This document shows, piece after piece, positions 41,630 to 57,139 of a stretch of 64,000 bases of DNA; within the stretch, counting starts at the first letter, position 1; the number at the start of each line of letters is the position of its first letter. Where the stretch lies: NCBI RefSeq assembly GCF_009914755.1, contig NC_060945.1. One strand, written 5' to 3'. The notes under the pieces were generated by a model that was given only the letters and a program-made list of their open reading frames with translations, was not told the DNA's origin and searched no databases. Position numbers and translations under genes: made by a program. Source of the DNA: the human T2T-CHM13v2.0 reference genome, Homo sapiens.

Positions 41630-42330
41630 TTAAATTTATTTTCACCAATTTTATTTCTCTTCCTCATATCCCAGAGTTAACTAATTTTCTAAACTTGGTG
41701 TTCAGTACTACCATTTTTGTTATTTCACACACTACATAAATATCTAATACAAAAACACTATCTTGTATTGCACTGACAAAATATATACGTATTTTTAGAA
41801 ACTTCTTGTTTTTCATCTTTATTTGTAATAATTGATTCATGTTGATTCATAAAGCTTTGCTCAGGTATGGTTAAACAACTGCTAAATTCCAGTATTCTAT
41901 TGTATGAAAACGCCAAAATTTGTCTATCTAATTTTTGACTGATGGTCATTTCTAATTTTGCCTCATAGCAAAAAGTGCTACAGTGAAAATATTTGCTTTA
42001 TATACAAGTCTTTATATAAAAGTGCAGTGGATTCACTAGGCTACATACCTACACACACATACACATGTAATTTTTTACTTTTTGGGTTAGTGGATTTTTC
42101 CCTAGATTTGTGTTGCCAAACTGCTTTCTCTTATGTTGATACTGATTTATATTCCCATCAGATATGGGAATTTATTTCTTTTTTCTTTTCTACATCTGTA
42201 TCTTCACCTGGTACAGTTACCTTTTTAAATTTTGAGGGAAATGGTTTATCACGTGTGCTTATTGGATTTTTCTCTTCTCATTAGCGAACTGATTTTTCTC
42301 CCTGTGCTAATTTAAATTTACTCTTTGGAG
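41630..42330 (-). mobile_element. Diverged L1ME-type 3' fragment
   Basis: gtattctattgtatgaa...gatggtcatt...ttgccaaactgctttc...gatttatattcccatcag. Confidence 0.5.
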
Positions 42331-44072
42331 AATTACCTGTTATTTTTGTGAACATAAAAAGGTCAAATTGTCAAGGCAGACTCACATGGATTAGTGCTGT
42401 TATCCCATGTCAAACTTCACTGATAAGTACAAGGGTACAAGTAAACACAAGCCACTTCCAGAAAAGCAAGGAGTGGCCTGGGACATCTATGACAGCTGCC
42501 CAGATCCTTCCTTTTCTTATCATCACACTCTGTCCCAGGTTAATAAATAGGGGGACAATGAAAAATGTAATTTGTGTATTTAATGTTCATTGTTTTTAAA
42601 TACCATATGCTTAAATTATTATATAACATATAAACATAATATCCCTATTTAAAATAGCAATTATAAATACCAAGATAGAAACCAACAATTCCTCTGCCTT
42701 CACACGCCACTCCTATTATCATAAACAGTTCAGTATGAATAGTTTTTCATATCCTTTCAATCCTACTAATTTATGAATAAATAAATTAAAACTTTACTTG
42801 GTTATATTGTTTCTAAACACATTAAATCCATACCTATTACAAAAATCTCTAGTTAGTAGTTTAGGTCTATATCAAATTTAAGAGAAAAAATTAAAAAATG
42901 CCTTCAATATGAATGATTCCATTGTTAATGATCATTACTTTTTTGTGCATATGTCCTTTCAAATGTTTTTAGTTTAAGCTTTACTAAAATATTTACTATG
43001 AGCTGAGTGAAATGATAAGTTTGGTTCAACTGGTAAATTGCTCTATTTTTGCTTAAGACAAACTATCTGATACTGTTCTTTATATTAAGACTCACTTTGT
43101 TAAGTGAGAGTTTTCTTAAATGGTCTGTTTCATATAAAATATCTAAATTGTTTAAAGCCCTTACTAAAGTTACTGTATAAAAGTAATTCATACGGACTAC
43201 ATTTCTTGACACTAATGGCATATAAAATAAGCAGTACAAATGCATGAAGAATGAGAGATTTTTGATAACTTGACTTAACGTTTCATAGATTCATTCTGTA
43301 GCTAATTAGTTTTTCTTAAATTCTGCTTAGTCTAGTAGCAACTGTGGGCATAACATTTTTGGCATCGCGAATCAGACATTCTAGATTAGTTGGTAATGAT
43401 AAAATGACTTTTGGTCCTGAACGCTTACTTTATTCTACTTGTATACATCGTGCATAATATTTTTAAGAAGTAAAATATGCAATGAAAAGTATTCTACAGA
43501 ATAAAAATTCTGGCAGTGAAATGTATTAACAGATATTTGAAGCATATTTTGTAAAATGTGTATTCCTTTGCAGAAAATATAAATTGACGTTATGATGTTC
43601 AAATACTATTGATCTTGTGTTGGGTTAAGATTTTTAGGAGTATAGTTTATAGCATTTCAAATATTTTTCTGCAAAGCCAGCATTAAGTTATTTCTAAAAG
43701 TTTGATCTATTTAAAAATGCTAAGATCTTGATTATTGGCTCTCTAAATCCTGCAGTTCAGGACATTTTGAACAAGCTGCAGAATTCTAAAAGACAGAATA
43801 CGTATTGAGAAGAATATAAAATAGCCAAAAGCCAATGGGTTATCCTTATGCCAGTCATAGTATAAAGTATTCAAAAACACTTGTTTAATTTATGTTCCAG
43901 CTAATATTTGACAGTTATTACATAGAAACACATAATAATATGATTTATTTTATATGTGAAAAGATAACTTTACAACTTTATGAACAGCAGGTAAATTGAG
44001 GAAAGATGCTACTAGCAGTAAATATGCTCACAGTCAGACTGAAACCTGAGTCTCCTTTGAAAATTGATTATG

Positions 44073-44224
<152 letters not shown>

Positions 44225-45120
44225 TTAATTATGGATAGATATCAAATTGGAAATTACCATTGATTAAATGGATTGTTACTGTTGTTGTCATTGTTTTCTC
44301 AATTAATTGCATTAATATGAGAGACTCCTGAGGGTACATCCTATGGTTTGGTGAAAAGAGCAAATATTAATAATTTGGGATCATAAGAACCAGTTGTATT
44401 TCTCAATAATAGTATAATTTCCAGCACACAGCATTGTTAAAACTAGAGTTATATCAGCAAAATACTAGCTATATTTCTATGCAATGTAGATATGTTGGAA
44501 ATAAAACTGAAAAAACTTTGTAACTGCACTTGAAGAGCTTTCTGATCTTCTTATCAAGAAAGTTTTCTTAAAATGCTAATTAAAAGGAGCATTTAATCAA
44601 AGAATCCAATGTGCCTGGTGTGTAAGGCATTCTTTTTCATGGTTTTAAGACATTTTCACAAATGGCATCTATACACAAAACTGATAATGATGAAACATCT
44701 TTAGTCTGCCATTCTTTAAGAAATTATGGTATGAGTTCATACTTATTAAAAAATTGTCTATGATGATGTTTATTTCTGCTTATATAATCTTATGAAAATT
44801 GTATTAATAAGAGGGGATGTTTAACAAACCTATTTTAGAAGTGTTACATCAATTTCACTGCCTTTTCCTAGAGAATTAAGAATGAATGTGACATATAACG
44901 TCTAACCCCTAATTTGGAAATTAAATTTTCATATTTATTTAAGTTGATTTTAGTCCAAGTTTTGAAATGTGATTAGACTAAATTCATAATTTAAAATATT
45001 TTTGAAGGAATCCATTAACTGATCTTGTAACCAGGATTTTTGTGTGACAAATGATAATAGTTATATTAGGTATCTCTACAAAAAATATTGAGGATTTTTC
45101 AGTGTCATACAAGCCATGCA

Positions 45121-45245
45121 GTACTGATCCATGCTTTTATGAACCCCCTCAAATAACCTTGCTGCAATGGGTCATATACTGGGCTTCACTTTGAAGACCA
45201 CCCAAAATCTCCATCTGCTCCACACAGAATTGCCATCCTGCTAGT
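45121..45245 (+). mobile_element. Ancient L2-clade RT C-terminal coding remnant
   Basis: Translates VLIHAFMNPLK*PCCNGSYTGL / LKTTQNLHLLH with one frameshift, resembling the L2-clade motif LIHAFxxSRLDYCNxLxxGLPxxxxxKLQxxQN. Confidence 0.5.
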
Positions 45246-45560
45246 ATGTATTCCATGGTCTACAGCTGGTATTAAACACATTCATTCACGAAGCAATTCA
45301 ATATGATAATTTTCATTTAAGTCAAAAGTAAAATATTATTATAGCAGTTACATTCACGATTATCCCAATTTCCAACAAATACTCCTGACAGCCAGCTTTG
45401 GTCTCATTGCCATAATATCAATCTCTATATTATCATTTCTAGAGACAGATGCACATGCTATGGCCATGACCATAATTCTCCTCTTTAGAATGCAGTGGCT
45501 GGCTTTCTGTGCAGCAGATTAGACACTCTATTAAGTCATATAGATGATAAATGATAAAAA

Positions 45561-45566
45561 GATAGA

Positions 45567-45606
<40 letters not shown>

Positions 45607-45612
45607 TAGATG
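45561..45612. repeat. (GATA)6(GACA)5 compound STR
   Basis: Direct reading. Confidence 0.95.
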
Positions 45613-46972
45613 GTAGATGGGGGTGGGGGAGTGAGGGGAACCAGGCTTTTGGTTATGAACCTAATCTAACTTCCTGTGTGACATTAATGTAACTCTCTAT
45701 TGAAGAGTTTCTGTACTTTTGACTAAATCTCTCAACTAGAGCTATAATATTTCAAAATTTCCAGCTTTCTGACAAACTAGTTGAATAAGAGACCAGGTCT
45801 AAGAGCAGAGATGAGCTGTAGCCCTATGAGGAAAATGATCAAAATTTGGAAAATTGAATGTACTTAGAATAGTTGATTACAGATAGCTATATTCTTCCAA
45901 AATCTTCTTCAGTAAATAGACTTTTAGAATACAAATGTACTTTAAAACTTTCAATATATGTTTAGAATGATACAACAGAAATAAAAATCCTCATTCTTAA
46001 CTTTAGAAATTAAATTCAGATTAGAGGGGTATTAATTAATTTTTGAAATTTTTGAGTCAGGAAAACTTTAGCAAAAAACTAGTATCATTTTATCACAATA
46101 CAGATGAGGAACTTCAGCCTTAAAGATACTAAAATTTATGGCTAATGAATCAGGTCTAAAACCCAGATCTAATTACTTACCAGCTTATAACCAGAATCAA
46201 AATGTGTGTATTTATTATTTCTCCCCAATTCACACATTTTTACTATTCAATTTGTGGTTTATTTTTAACTTGTAGATAATTTGTTTTAAGATTAATAGTC
46301 TAGATATGAATATGCCTCTTTTAATAAGTATTTTAAACCTCAAAATATCATAACTATTTTATAATGCATCACAGTATTTAGGAGATTCTTTGAAGGGTTT
46401 CTAAAACAACTTTTATAAAAATAGTGATATTTGTGTTTATATCCACCTCCAAAACTACACGTTTGCTTATATTTCAGAATATTTTGAAAAGAAGAAATTT
46501 ATAATAAAAGTAGCTGCTGTTCACAGAACATCACTGTGTATCTGACAGTGAGTTGAACTCTTGAGGAATGTGTGTTTTATTATTAAATTCTCACAACTTA
46601 AACCATGTTAATCACTGTTCCTTCCATTTTACATAGGAGGAATCTGCATAGATTAGACGAAAAAGTTAAAAGGAGTATGAATGAAAAAACTACGTGTACA
46701 AGATGTCCAAGATGAACAAAACTATACAATAAAGTTCATTTCAATATACAACATGTATTATATTCAACAAGGCTCAAATTTTTTGATAAAAGGAAACAGA
46801 GACCTCTTTTTCTAGCAGGAAGATATTTTTCTTGGGATGTTTTGTTTATGCTGGCTTGAATAACACTATGGTGAATATCATAAGATTAATTCATTTTTAA
46901 CATCTCTGTAAAAGCCAAGGATGCAGTGTGTCCGTGGGGAATTTAAATCATACATTTTAACACACATATTAA

Positions 46973-47350
<378 letters not shown>

Positions 47351-47604
47351 AATTATAAGGATTTTTAATTAAGAAAATTAATTTTTTTAAATGTGACTTT
47401 TTATTTAATTCTTTGCTAAATTAACTGTATACGGGCCTACAAGAAAAATATTCTGTTTCCATTCAAAGTAAAATTATTTGTAAAATATTAAGCCTACTAA
47501 TAATGTCATCACCATTATTATTTTAAACAAAATAGGAGACTTGTGCAAAGACCACTCTCATCTAAAAGCCATGACCCAACTACCAATATGATTTTCTTTA
47601 AAAA

Positions 47605-48255
47605 AGAAATAAGAATGCTTTTACACTGTTGGTGACAGTGTAAATTAATTCAACCATTGTAGAAGACAGTGTGGTGATTCCTGAAGGATCTAGAACTAGA
47701 AATACCATTTGACCCAGCAATCCCATTACTGGGTATATACCCAAAGGATTATAAATCATTCTTCTATAAAGACACATGCACGTGTATGTTTATCGCAGCA
47801 CTATTTACAATAGCAAAGACTTGGAACCAACCCTAATGCCCATCAATGATAGACTAGATAAAGAAAATGTGGCACATATACACCACAGAATACTATGCAG
47901 CCATAAAAAAGAGTGAGTTCATGTCCTTTGCCGGGACATGGATGAAGCTGGAAACCACCATTCTCAGCAAACCAACACAGGAACAGAAAACCAAACACTG
48001 AATGTTCTCACTCATAAGTGGGAGTTGAACAATGAGAACACATGGACACAAGGAGGCGAACAACACACACCAGGGCCTGTCAGGGGGTGGGCGGCAAGGA
48101 CAGGGATAGCATTAGGAGAAATACCTAATGCATGTGGGGTTTAAAACCTTGATGACTGGTTGATAGATGCAGCAAACTCCCATGGCACATGTATACCTAC
48201 GTAACAAACCTGCACATTCTGCACATGTATCCTGGAACTCAGAGTAAAAAAAAAA
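47605..48255 (+). mobile_element. 5'-truncated L1PA 3' end
   Basis: End of ORF2 (ccatttgacccagcaatcccattactgggtatatacccaaagg), then the 3' UTR and a poly-A tail. Confidence 0.95.
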
Positions 48256-48394
48256 TTTTTTAAAAAGGACTTTGCTCTGCTTAGAAATGGGAATAATTAT
48301 GACAGAACAATATTAATGGAAAACACATGGTAGATATGAATGAACACTGTGAAACGTTAGGAAGCAGGGAATGAAAAATTGCCTCCTTGACAAT

Positions 48395-48538
48395 AGTAAA
48401 ATTTCAACATGATCCCTGAGAACCATCAGATTTTTAAATAGCATTTTCTCCCCGCTACCCTGCATAGGGTTTGAGTTTCTAGCAGGCTCCTAGGCGATGC
48501 GAGTGCTGATGCACGAGGTCACACTTTCAATAGCAAGA
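48395..48538. mobile_element. MER5-family MITE fragment
   Basis: tttctagcaggctcctaggcgatgcgagtgctg...cacactttcaatagcaag. Confidence 0.5.
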
Positions 48539-49237
48539 GTACAGGCACCACTTAAAGTAACAATTCACATAGATCTGTTTATGACTTAAAAGTTAATAAA
48601 AGTGTTCTATAGGAATGCTAGGAAAGAAAGAAAGAAAATTCTAAAGAAAAAAATAATAATTCCTATAGTCTTCAAAGTCTGAAATAATCATTCCCATATG
48701 GAGGCATTTCCTTCCAATTATTTTTGTTTGTATATAGTTAACTAATAGTTACCTATTTTGACATCTAACTTTGTTACTTAAGAAACCATGGGCATTTTCC
48801 CCATGTAAATATTTTTTTCATAAAACACCTTAAGGCCAACAGAATATTTGGCCATTTAGTTATACCATAACTTATTAGCCCAGTTTCTCTCCTGTGAAAT
48901 ATTTCGATTATTTCCAGTGTCTTATTAGTATAAATAATATGTGGGTAAATAATTTTAAAATTTCTGATTATTTTCTTATAAAAGGTTTTCTAAGAGTTGG
49001 ATTACTTTGTCAAAGGATATGAATGGTTTAACACTCTTGAATTATATTGCATATGCTGAGTCTATCTCAGCATTATTGTTTTAAAAATATGCTTGTCAGT
49101 TGAATAAATGTAAACTAGTATTTTCACTTAGTTTATTTTATTACTAACATGCTTTTATCCATTTCAATGGCTCCTGTCCTGAGAACCAATTTATGTCTAC
49201 CAAATTGTTTCTTATTTTAACTCAATAATCATGTTAG

Positions 49238-49616
<379 letters not shown>

Positions 49617-50143
49617 TTATTTATGTTTCTACCATGAAGAAAGTTTTGATTTTCACAGTGTTTTATATGTAGAAAGTCATTGCAAATTCAAAGCTGATTT
49701 TGTTATTTTATCTTAGATTATTGTGGTTTAAATTTTTTAAGTATGTAATCTAACTGTAATTGATCTTATTCATGTGTAGTTTGGACCTCATTTGATTTTG
49801 TTTCCAAGGTAAATTTTCAAACACATTTTGTTTAATAAGAAATATCTGCCTCATGAGTTTTGATGATTCTTAAATCATATATTAAAAATTTAGGAAAGCA
49901 GAAGTTGTCTCCGGACATTCTAATGGCTTTCACAATACATCTATAAATCATTGCGATGACAGGACACATTTAATTATGTCTAAAATATCTGGGGGTACAC
50001 TTCTTTAATTCCAACTTTTCTTCATCTACTTTATAACTTTAAAATAAAAAAGGATCATTCTTTCAGATGAATAACCATATTATGTTAAAAGTTAAGAGTC
50101 TCCTCAAGACTATGAGTGGCTTTAATGTCATATTTAAACGTCA

Positions 50144-50391
50144 TGTGAGTTTCCTATTGCTATGTAATTAATTACTACAACGTTAGCAGCTCATAGGTCC
50201 CAAGTCCAGCACAGTGTGGTTGGGCTCACTGTTCAGGCTGAAGTCAACGTGACAGCAGGCTGTGTTGCTATCTGGTGTGAGGATTCTTTTCCAAGTTCAT
50301 TTCTGTTCTTGGCAGAATCAGTTCCTTGCAGCTGTCACACTAAAATCCTCTGTCGTTTTTTTTTTTTTTTTTTTTTTTTTTGCTGGCTGCC
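50144..50391 (-). mobile_element. MLT1 (ERVL-MaLR) LTR fragment
   Basis: agtttcctattgct...aggctgaagtcaacgtg...ttggcagaatcagttccttgcagctgt. Confidence 0.7.
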
Positions 50392-51094
50392 TACCATAAG
50401 TGTAAATTAATCTAGGAAAAAATAGGACACTTTAATAATATTTAGACCTTCATTAACTAGCTTAAGCAAAATTCAATATATTCCAAATTTTATATATATA
50501 TACACACACACATATATATATTCATAATTCTTATAATCATGTTTGTACAGGTCTTTTATGTGTGCTGTACAGATTTGCTTATATTTTGCATTTGATTTGT
50601 GTACAGATATTTTAGTCTAAGTCATCAGTTATAAGAAAACTTCAGCATTTTCTCTCTTTCTTCTTATTCTCCTAATGCCTATCTGAAACCTTTTGGTAAT
50701 TCATTTGTTTTTAGTTAGCTATCTTTAGTTTTCTAATATTAATTAAAATGTCCTGAAATAGTTATTTGTTTGCAATACTTAAACATAATTAAATTTCATA
50801 ATGTAAAATATTAAAATATTAATATTATTAATATATTTAATAAATTTAATTAACTATAATAATAGTTATATTTTATAACCATCACATAATTATATTTACC
50901 AATGGCTACTGATTTCATATAGTTTTTCTTAACCATATTTCAAAAACTAACTTTCTAGTCCTACTTAAACCATTTTTTTCTTATGTTCTGCTTTGCTTTT
51001 TAATAGAAATGAGTATCTTTTTTTTACTTTCGACATCCATTGAAATGATCTTATAGGTTTTCCTTTAGAATTATTGGTGTTATAGTAGCAATTA

Positions 51095-51705
51095 ATTTTC
51101 TAAAATTTAAAGCAAAAATAATAAAATGAACACTGTTTAAGTGTATAGTTGGATGCATTATGACAAATGCATAGATTTTTATACCCACTACACATTAAGC
51201 CTTTGTATACAATCCCCACTCTGTCATCCCAGCACCAGCAAACCAGAGATCTACTCTTAAATATCCTATGAATGGAATCACACTATATGTACTGTCTTGT
51301 GAATGTCGTCTCTCTGTCCACATAATGCTAATGAGATTCATCCACGCAGTCGCATGCATGGGTAGTTCATTCTTTTTCAATAGGAAGCATTATTCCACAA
51401 TCTGCTTATTAACTCTCCTGCTGATAAACATTAGGGTTATTTACTGTCTTTTACTACGTTGTGTAAAGCTTCTAGGCAGCATCTTGTTCATGTCCTTGCG
51501 TGGAATTACATGGCTGTAGAGCAGGCATATGTTTAACCTTTCAAGAAATGGATTAATCTTCCAAAAGTAATTGTACCACTTTATACTCCCACAAGCAATG
51601 TATGAACGTTCCAGCTGCTCCACTTCCTAGCCAACACTTGGGATTGATAGTTGTTTTAATTTTAGGCATTCAAATGGGCATAGAATGATAGTTCAGGTTG
51701 CTTTG
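51095..51705 (-). mobile_element. L1M (MC/ME-type) 3' end
   Basis: ttaagtgtatagttggatg...tgagattcatccacg...ttgtaccactttatactcccac...ccaacacttgg. The ORF track shows KKNELPMHATAWMNL. Confidence 0.8.
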
Positions 51706-52188
51706 TAAGTATATTAGGGAAGCATCCAACTTACACTCGATGAGGTCAAGTAAGAATTTCTAAAGAAAAGAATATGTAAGAAGAATACTCAAACTGAAAG
51801 AAAACAATCTATTAATGTGTGATTCTTACTTAGCCATAGTGAATAGCTCTTCAGACATTTTTATTAAACTTGTTTTGGCACTATTTTGATTAGAAGTTTG
51901 CAGACTGGGTCTTTTGATTGTGCCAGTGTGTGCTTTTTAATGTGTCTATGTATGTTTACGTGGGTATTTAGACTTATGATAACTTCAAAAATGTATTTGA
52001 TAACTTTCCATTTTTTTGCAGAAATATTCTTTCATTAATATTACATGCTTATGGAACTTTACCTATTGATTAAAGGTGAATATTAATATTATTTATATAA
52101 TAAATTATAAAATATAATATGTATATTATAAATATTAATATAATATTCATAATAAATCAAATGGAATTTTATTATTATTTAAACAATA

Positions 52189-52332
52189 CATTATTTTAAA
52201 TAATATATTTAAATAAAACATTATTTTTAATATTTAAATAAAACATTATTTTAAATAATATATTTAAATAAAACATTATTTTAAATAATATATTTAAATA
52301 AAACATTATTTTAAATAATATATTTAAATAAA
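52189..52332. repeat. 30-bp AT-rich minisatellite, about 5 copies
   Basis: Unit cattattttaaataatatatttaaataaaa. The second copy is 25 nt. Confidence 0.95.
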
Positions 52333-52689
52333 CAACATATTTCAATACAATATGTAATATTATTTTTAAATGATAATTGAGGCTCATAAAATTAGGCAGA
52401 ATAATAATTCTAGCAGTAGAAGGGCTTCAGTTTTTATTGATTTATGAGATAAAATCTTATATCCTTGTATATAAACTGTGGATGGAACACATCAAGACTT
52501 AAGCTCAAGTAAACTGTCAGTCACCAGTATAAAAAAAATGCTACTACGTATTGTGTTGTAGAATCTATAGCATACTTTATAATAGCTGCAAACCTATATT
52601 ATTTCAGGTTCTCATACTACAGCCCAAAGTATCCTAGGGGAAACTTTTGTGACCCCATTACTTTCCACTCCCAAAGGATATTTGCTAAA

Positions 52690-52739
52690 ATGATAATGAT
52701 GATGATGATGATGACGATGATGATGATGACGACAATGAT
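52690..52739. repeat. (GAT)n trinucleotide repeat with GAC interruptions
   Basis: Direct reading. Confidence 0.93.
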
Positions 52740-54057
52740 TTGAACTTAATAGCTTTAGATTGACTTAATCTAAAAGTATTTCATAACATTATTTTACTGA
52801 TTTGGCCAGGACAAACTTTCATTTTGCCTCCCAGTAGTCTTCAGCAATTCAGAATATAGGATAGATTGTTGCCCAGATATGTTGTAGTCAAGACTGATTT
52901 AAATCTTTATAACATCTGATTGTATGAAATTAAATAAAAGCTTCCCCCAGACCCTAAAAGATCATTTTAGTAAACGGTGTAACTTTGGTGTCAGCATATG
53001 TAGTTATGCAATAAAGAGAACAAATTATAATTCCATAATCTCTCTCCGGAGTTAGGTGAATAACCACATCTGTGGTATAGGGAATGGAAAGATTACTTTC
53101 AATCTATTCTAAAGAAACTCTGCTCTAAAATATATCAAGCAAAAGTAAAATAAATTAATAGTTGATTATCATTCATTCAATAAAGCTGGTGTATAATTAG
53201 CAATCTACCTGAAATTTCCCCGAGGCATATTCTATGTGTTGCTGTTAGCATTATAAAAGTGTTACAATAAAGGATGCTGAAAAGAAATTTTCTTCCTTCT
53301 TTTAGACATCTACCCCTGGAGAAAGAGCCCAATGAGAAGTAATCTCTGAAGCCCAGATTTCCTAAGGATGAAGCTTCAGGAGAGGCCTTATCAATCCTGA
53401 CAACAAACTTTTCTCGTCAATTTAGTTTCATTTAATGGAAGTTTTAAATGTGTAAAGTTCAGAAGGCTATTAAAATTGGTTCCAGCTATCTAAGATACAC
53501 ACACAACCACACATGCGCACACACGGTAGAGATAAATATGTTCGAAAATCCAGCTCAATGTTACTAGAAAATTTGATCAGAATCTGGTGAAATAAATAGT
53601 AAACTTACTAAAAATGCCAAATATCCCAGAAGCTGCTTAACATTTGATCAAAAGCTCTGTCCAGTCAATTCCTGCTTCTTTCAAAAATACTCTGCTGAAA
53701 AGCCAAAGGAGAAATGGGGCTGGTACCTTCAATATAGAGAATTCCAAGTAAGATTAGATCCCAGAAGGCTTAGTGTGGCTTTCTAGGACTCTCACTATTA
53801 GGCAGTAACCTACCATTCACCTCTGTTTCCCAGATTCACCTTGTTATACCTTATAACTTAAAATATAAATTCCAACAATGTACTGCACTCAAAAAAATTA
53901 TTTCTCAATTTGTTTGCTCATACTATTGATTTTTTTCTAGAATCTAAATAATTGTGAATTAACTATGATAGCAGTATGCACAAACAGTAAGTGAAATCAG
54001 ACCTATTAATTCTGAGAGGAAGGAGGTGTCAGGATTTTCACAGAAGAAGAGCACTAA

Positions 54058-54387
<330 letters not shown>

Positions 54388-57139
54388 CTAACAGGAGCAA
54401 TAAAAATTAGAGCTAAAAATAATTTCATGAAGCAAAATATTCAAAGAAGATGAAGAATGAATAAAGACAATTGATCTGGTAATTCACAAGCCAAGCTTCA
54501 GTAAGTGGTAGGATAGACGCTGATTTTTAAGTGTAAAATGAGCAAATTATGCTGAATAAAGAAAATTATTTAAAAATTGTCAAGAAATAACTAGAGACCC
54601 AGGGAAGACAATTTTCATTTTAAGGCTTAATAATGTTTGCAGACTGAAGGAAAAGATGCAGTGGAGGATGAGAGACCTTAGCAGGGGATTAAAATAGTGG
54701 AGCATTTTTGTGGCAATGCCATTCAATAAGAAGACAGCATTGGAAAGAAGAGAGACATTTATTCCTCCTAGGTAGGAAGCAAAAAGTAGAAATTTGTAAA
54801 GAAAAAAGTATTGGGAGATAAAGAAGAATCACAGGTGTAATCCTGAACATCCTAAATCAAAATTATTGTTTATGTATTTCTCCTTCCAGAAATGAAACTT
54901 GTAATAGACGATCTGTGGCTTAATAACCTTCTATCTCCAGCACCTGACGTATGGCAGGTCTCTCTATATATAATTAAGATATGGATCTATGGAGGTACAA
55001 TAATTCTTGTTATATGAATCACTATTCCTGAAGTTGGAGTATATTGGCTCATCTGGGAATAGGGAAATTGGCAGTTAGTTGAGAGACCATTGGAACACCT
55101 GCTGAAAGAAACGTGATAATGATTCAAGGGGAGGAAAAAAAAAAAAAAAGAAAACCAAGTGAGGAATGACCACAATAACACTAACTTGAAGTGGATGCAG
55201 TCGGCATATTTTTGAAAATGTTTTAAATCAACAACTTCTATTTGGAGAGCAGATGTAATTACACCAGACAGCAGAGATAATAAATAAATATCAGTGCAGT
55301 CACAGTGGTGTGGCCGGAGTATCAGTGCCTCGGTTGCTATGGGCAGCAGAAGACACAGATGCCTCTGGCATCCTAGCTGGCAATGAAGAAAAATAAACAC
55401 AGAATTAGGCTTCAGGTTAGAGAATAACAGAATAATAGAGGTTAGGATTTAGACAGAAAAAAACAGGCTTGCTGGAGTTATGGAAGTGGGAGAGACGAAA
55501 CAAGTGAAAAAGAACTTCTCTTCTTGTAATTTCTCATGTTCAAGGAAAGGAAATGTCAGCATTCAAAATTGCAGAGAATGAGAAAACAAATGTGATGATT
55601 TTGATCAAGGTCATGTTTATGCCGGTGATTAACAGATAAAATGAAGAGTCCTTGGCATCATAGGAGGGACTCTGAGCCAGAGTGCTAAAAGGACCATCTA
55701 CTTAAATGATGGAGTTCATAATAAGATTGGAGTGGAGAAAAATTATGAAGCAAGTACTCAGAAAATGAGAATGTTAGGAGGTTACAGGTTGATGGCTTTA
55801 AGGATGGAGAGAATATACGTTATGATAAACATAAAAAAGTGGATGGTGGAACAAAAGTTGCCTGAAATTGGCAGCTGTGAGTAATTAATCTTTAACATCT
55901 CTTCCTTACTTAAGTAGAAAAAGGGCCTCCATCAAAATGGTAGTGAGAATTTTATCCATCAGAGACAACACACTTTCAGTTGCAGATGAGACATGGAAAA
56001 TATTCTCACACAAAATGTGGTCAAGAAAAGGAGTAATAGTACTTATTTTTCTAATTGAATACATAATAATATTAATATACATTATCTGTAAATATTCATA
56101 TTGATCATGGGAGAGGTAATCAGAATATATAATATTGACAGCTGAATTGAAATTAATATATTTTTCTAAAAAAATGAGATTATGGGTAATGAACCAATAT
56201 TGGCTAGGTGAAAATTGTCTAGTTTTTACAACTAGAAATGCTTCCTCTCAAACACTTATCAAAATCACAGGTGTATTTTAGGCTGCTATATTTGCCAAAT
56301 GAAAACAGGATACTGACATTCATACACACAAACATGCAAGCATATGCTGAAATTTTCATTCCAGATGTCTACAAAAGAGAACAGATAATACGAAGTTCGT
56401 TACCTATTTCAAGTTACCTCTGAGATTCCTTACGCTGAAGACAAATATTCTATTAAAAAAGAGTCCTTAAATAGGCCATAAGAACCCGAATCCTTTCATA
56501 AAGAGTGAAAGAGTATGGTTATTTTTGATAACAATTATTATCAAAATAAATTATTTTTACTTCTAAATTAGTACTGATTACATCTGAAGGTTTTTGTTTC
56601 TCTGATACCAGGATTTAAAATTATTTCAGAAAGCATGATTAGTTTTAGTGTCTGTAGATCTTTGCTGTCAGTGAATTAAAGTATTTTTGAAAAAGGAATA
56701 TGTATTCCTGAAAAGTGATCTATACTTTATAGAAAATTACCTATTTGTGTAAATATAGGAAAACAGCTCTAACATTAAAATATGTGCATCAATTGGATTC
56801 AGAGTGTTGCATGAGGTTTCAACTTTAAAGAAGTATTTATAACATTTGGAGAAACAAAATTAACAAGAAAAAGTAAAACCAAAATATTAAAAATAAAGGT
56901 AATATTCCTCATCAGAAAATAAGAAAAAAATACCAACAATTGTGGTAATACCAAAGTGATTTTAAAAATACATTTTTTTTTTTTGTTCATTGGTTGTCTT
57001 GTTCAATTCAGTCAAACATAAGCCAACAAGATAAGACTCCACATAGATCTTTTTAAGTTACCAAGTGTTGTGTGTGCCGCTCTAACTGTCCATGGTTTCT
57101 GTTTTTTCTACTAAAATTCTAGCATACTAAATTCTGTAT

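Noticed and set aside
52189-52332. Repeat of CRISPR-like unit length (30 bp)
   Set aside because: Units are head-to-tail with no unique spacers, there are no cas genes, and the context is primate DNA.
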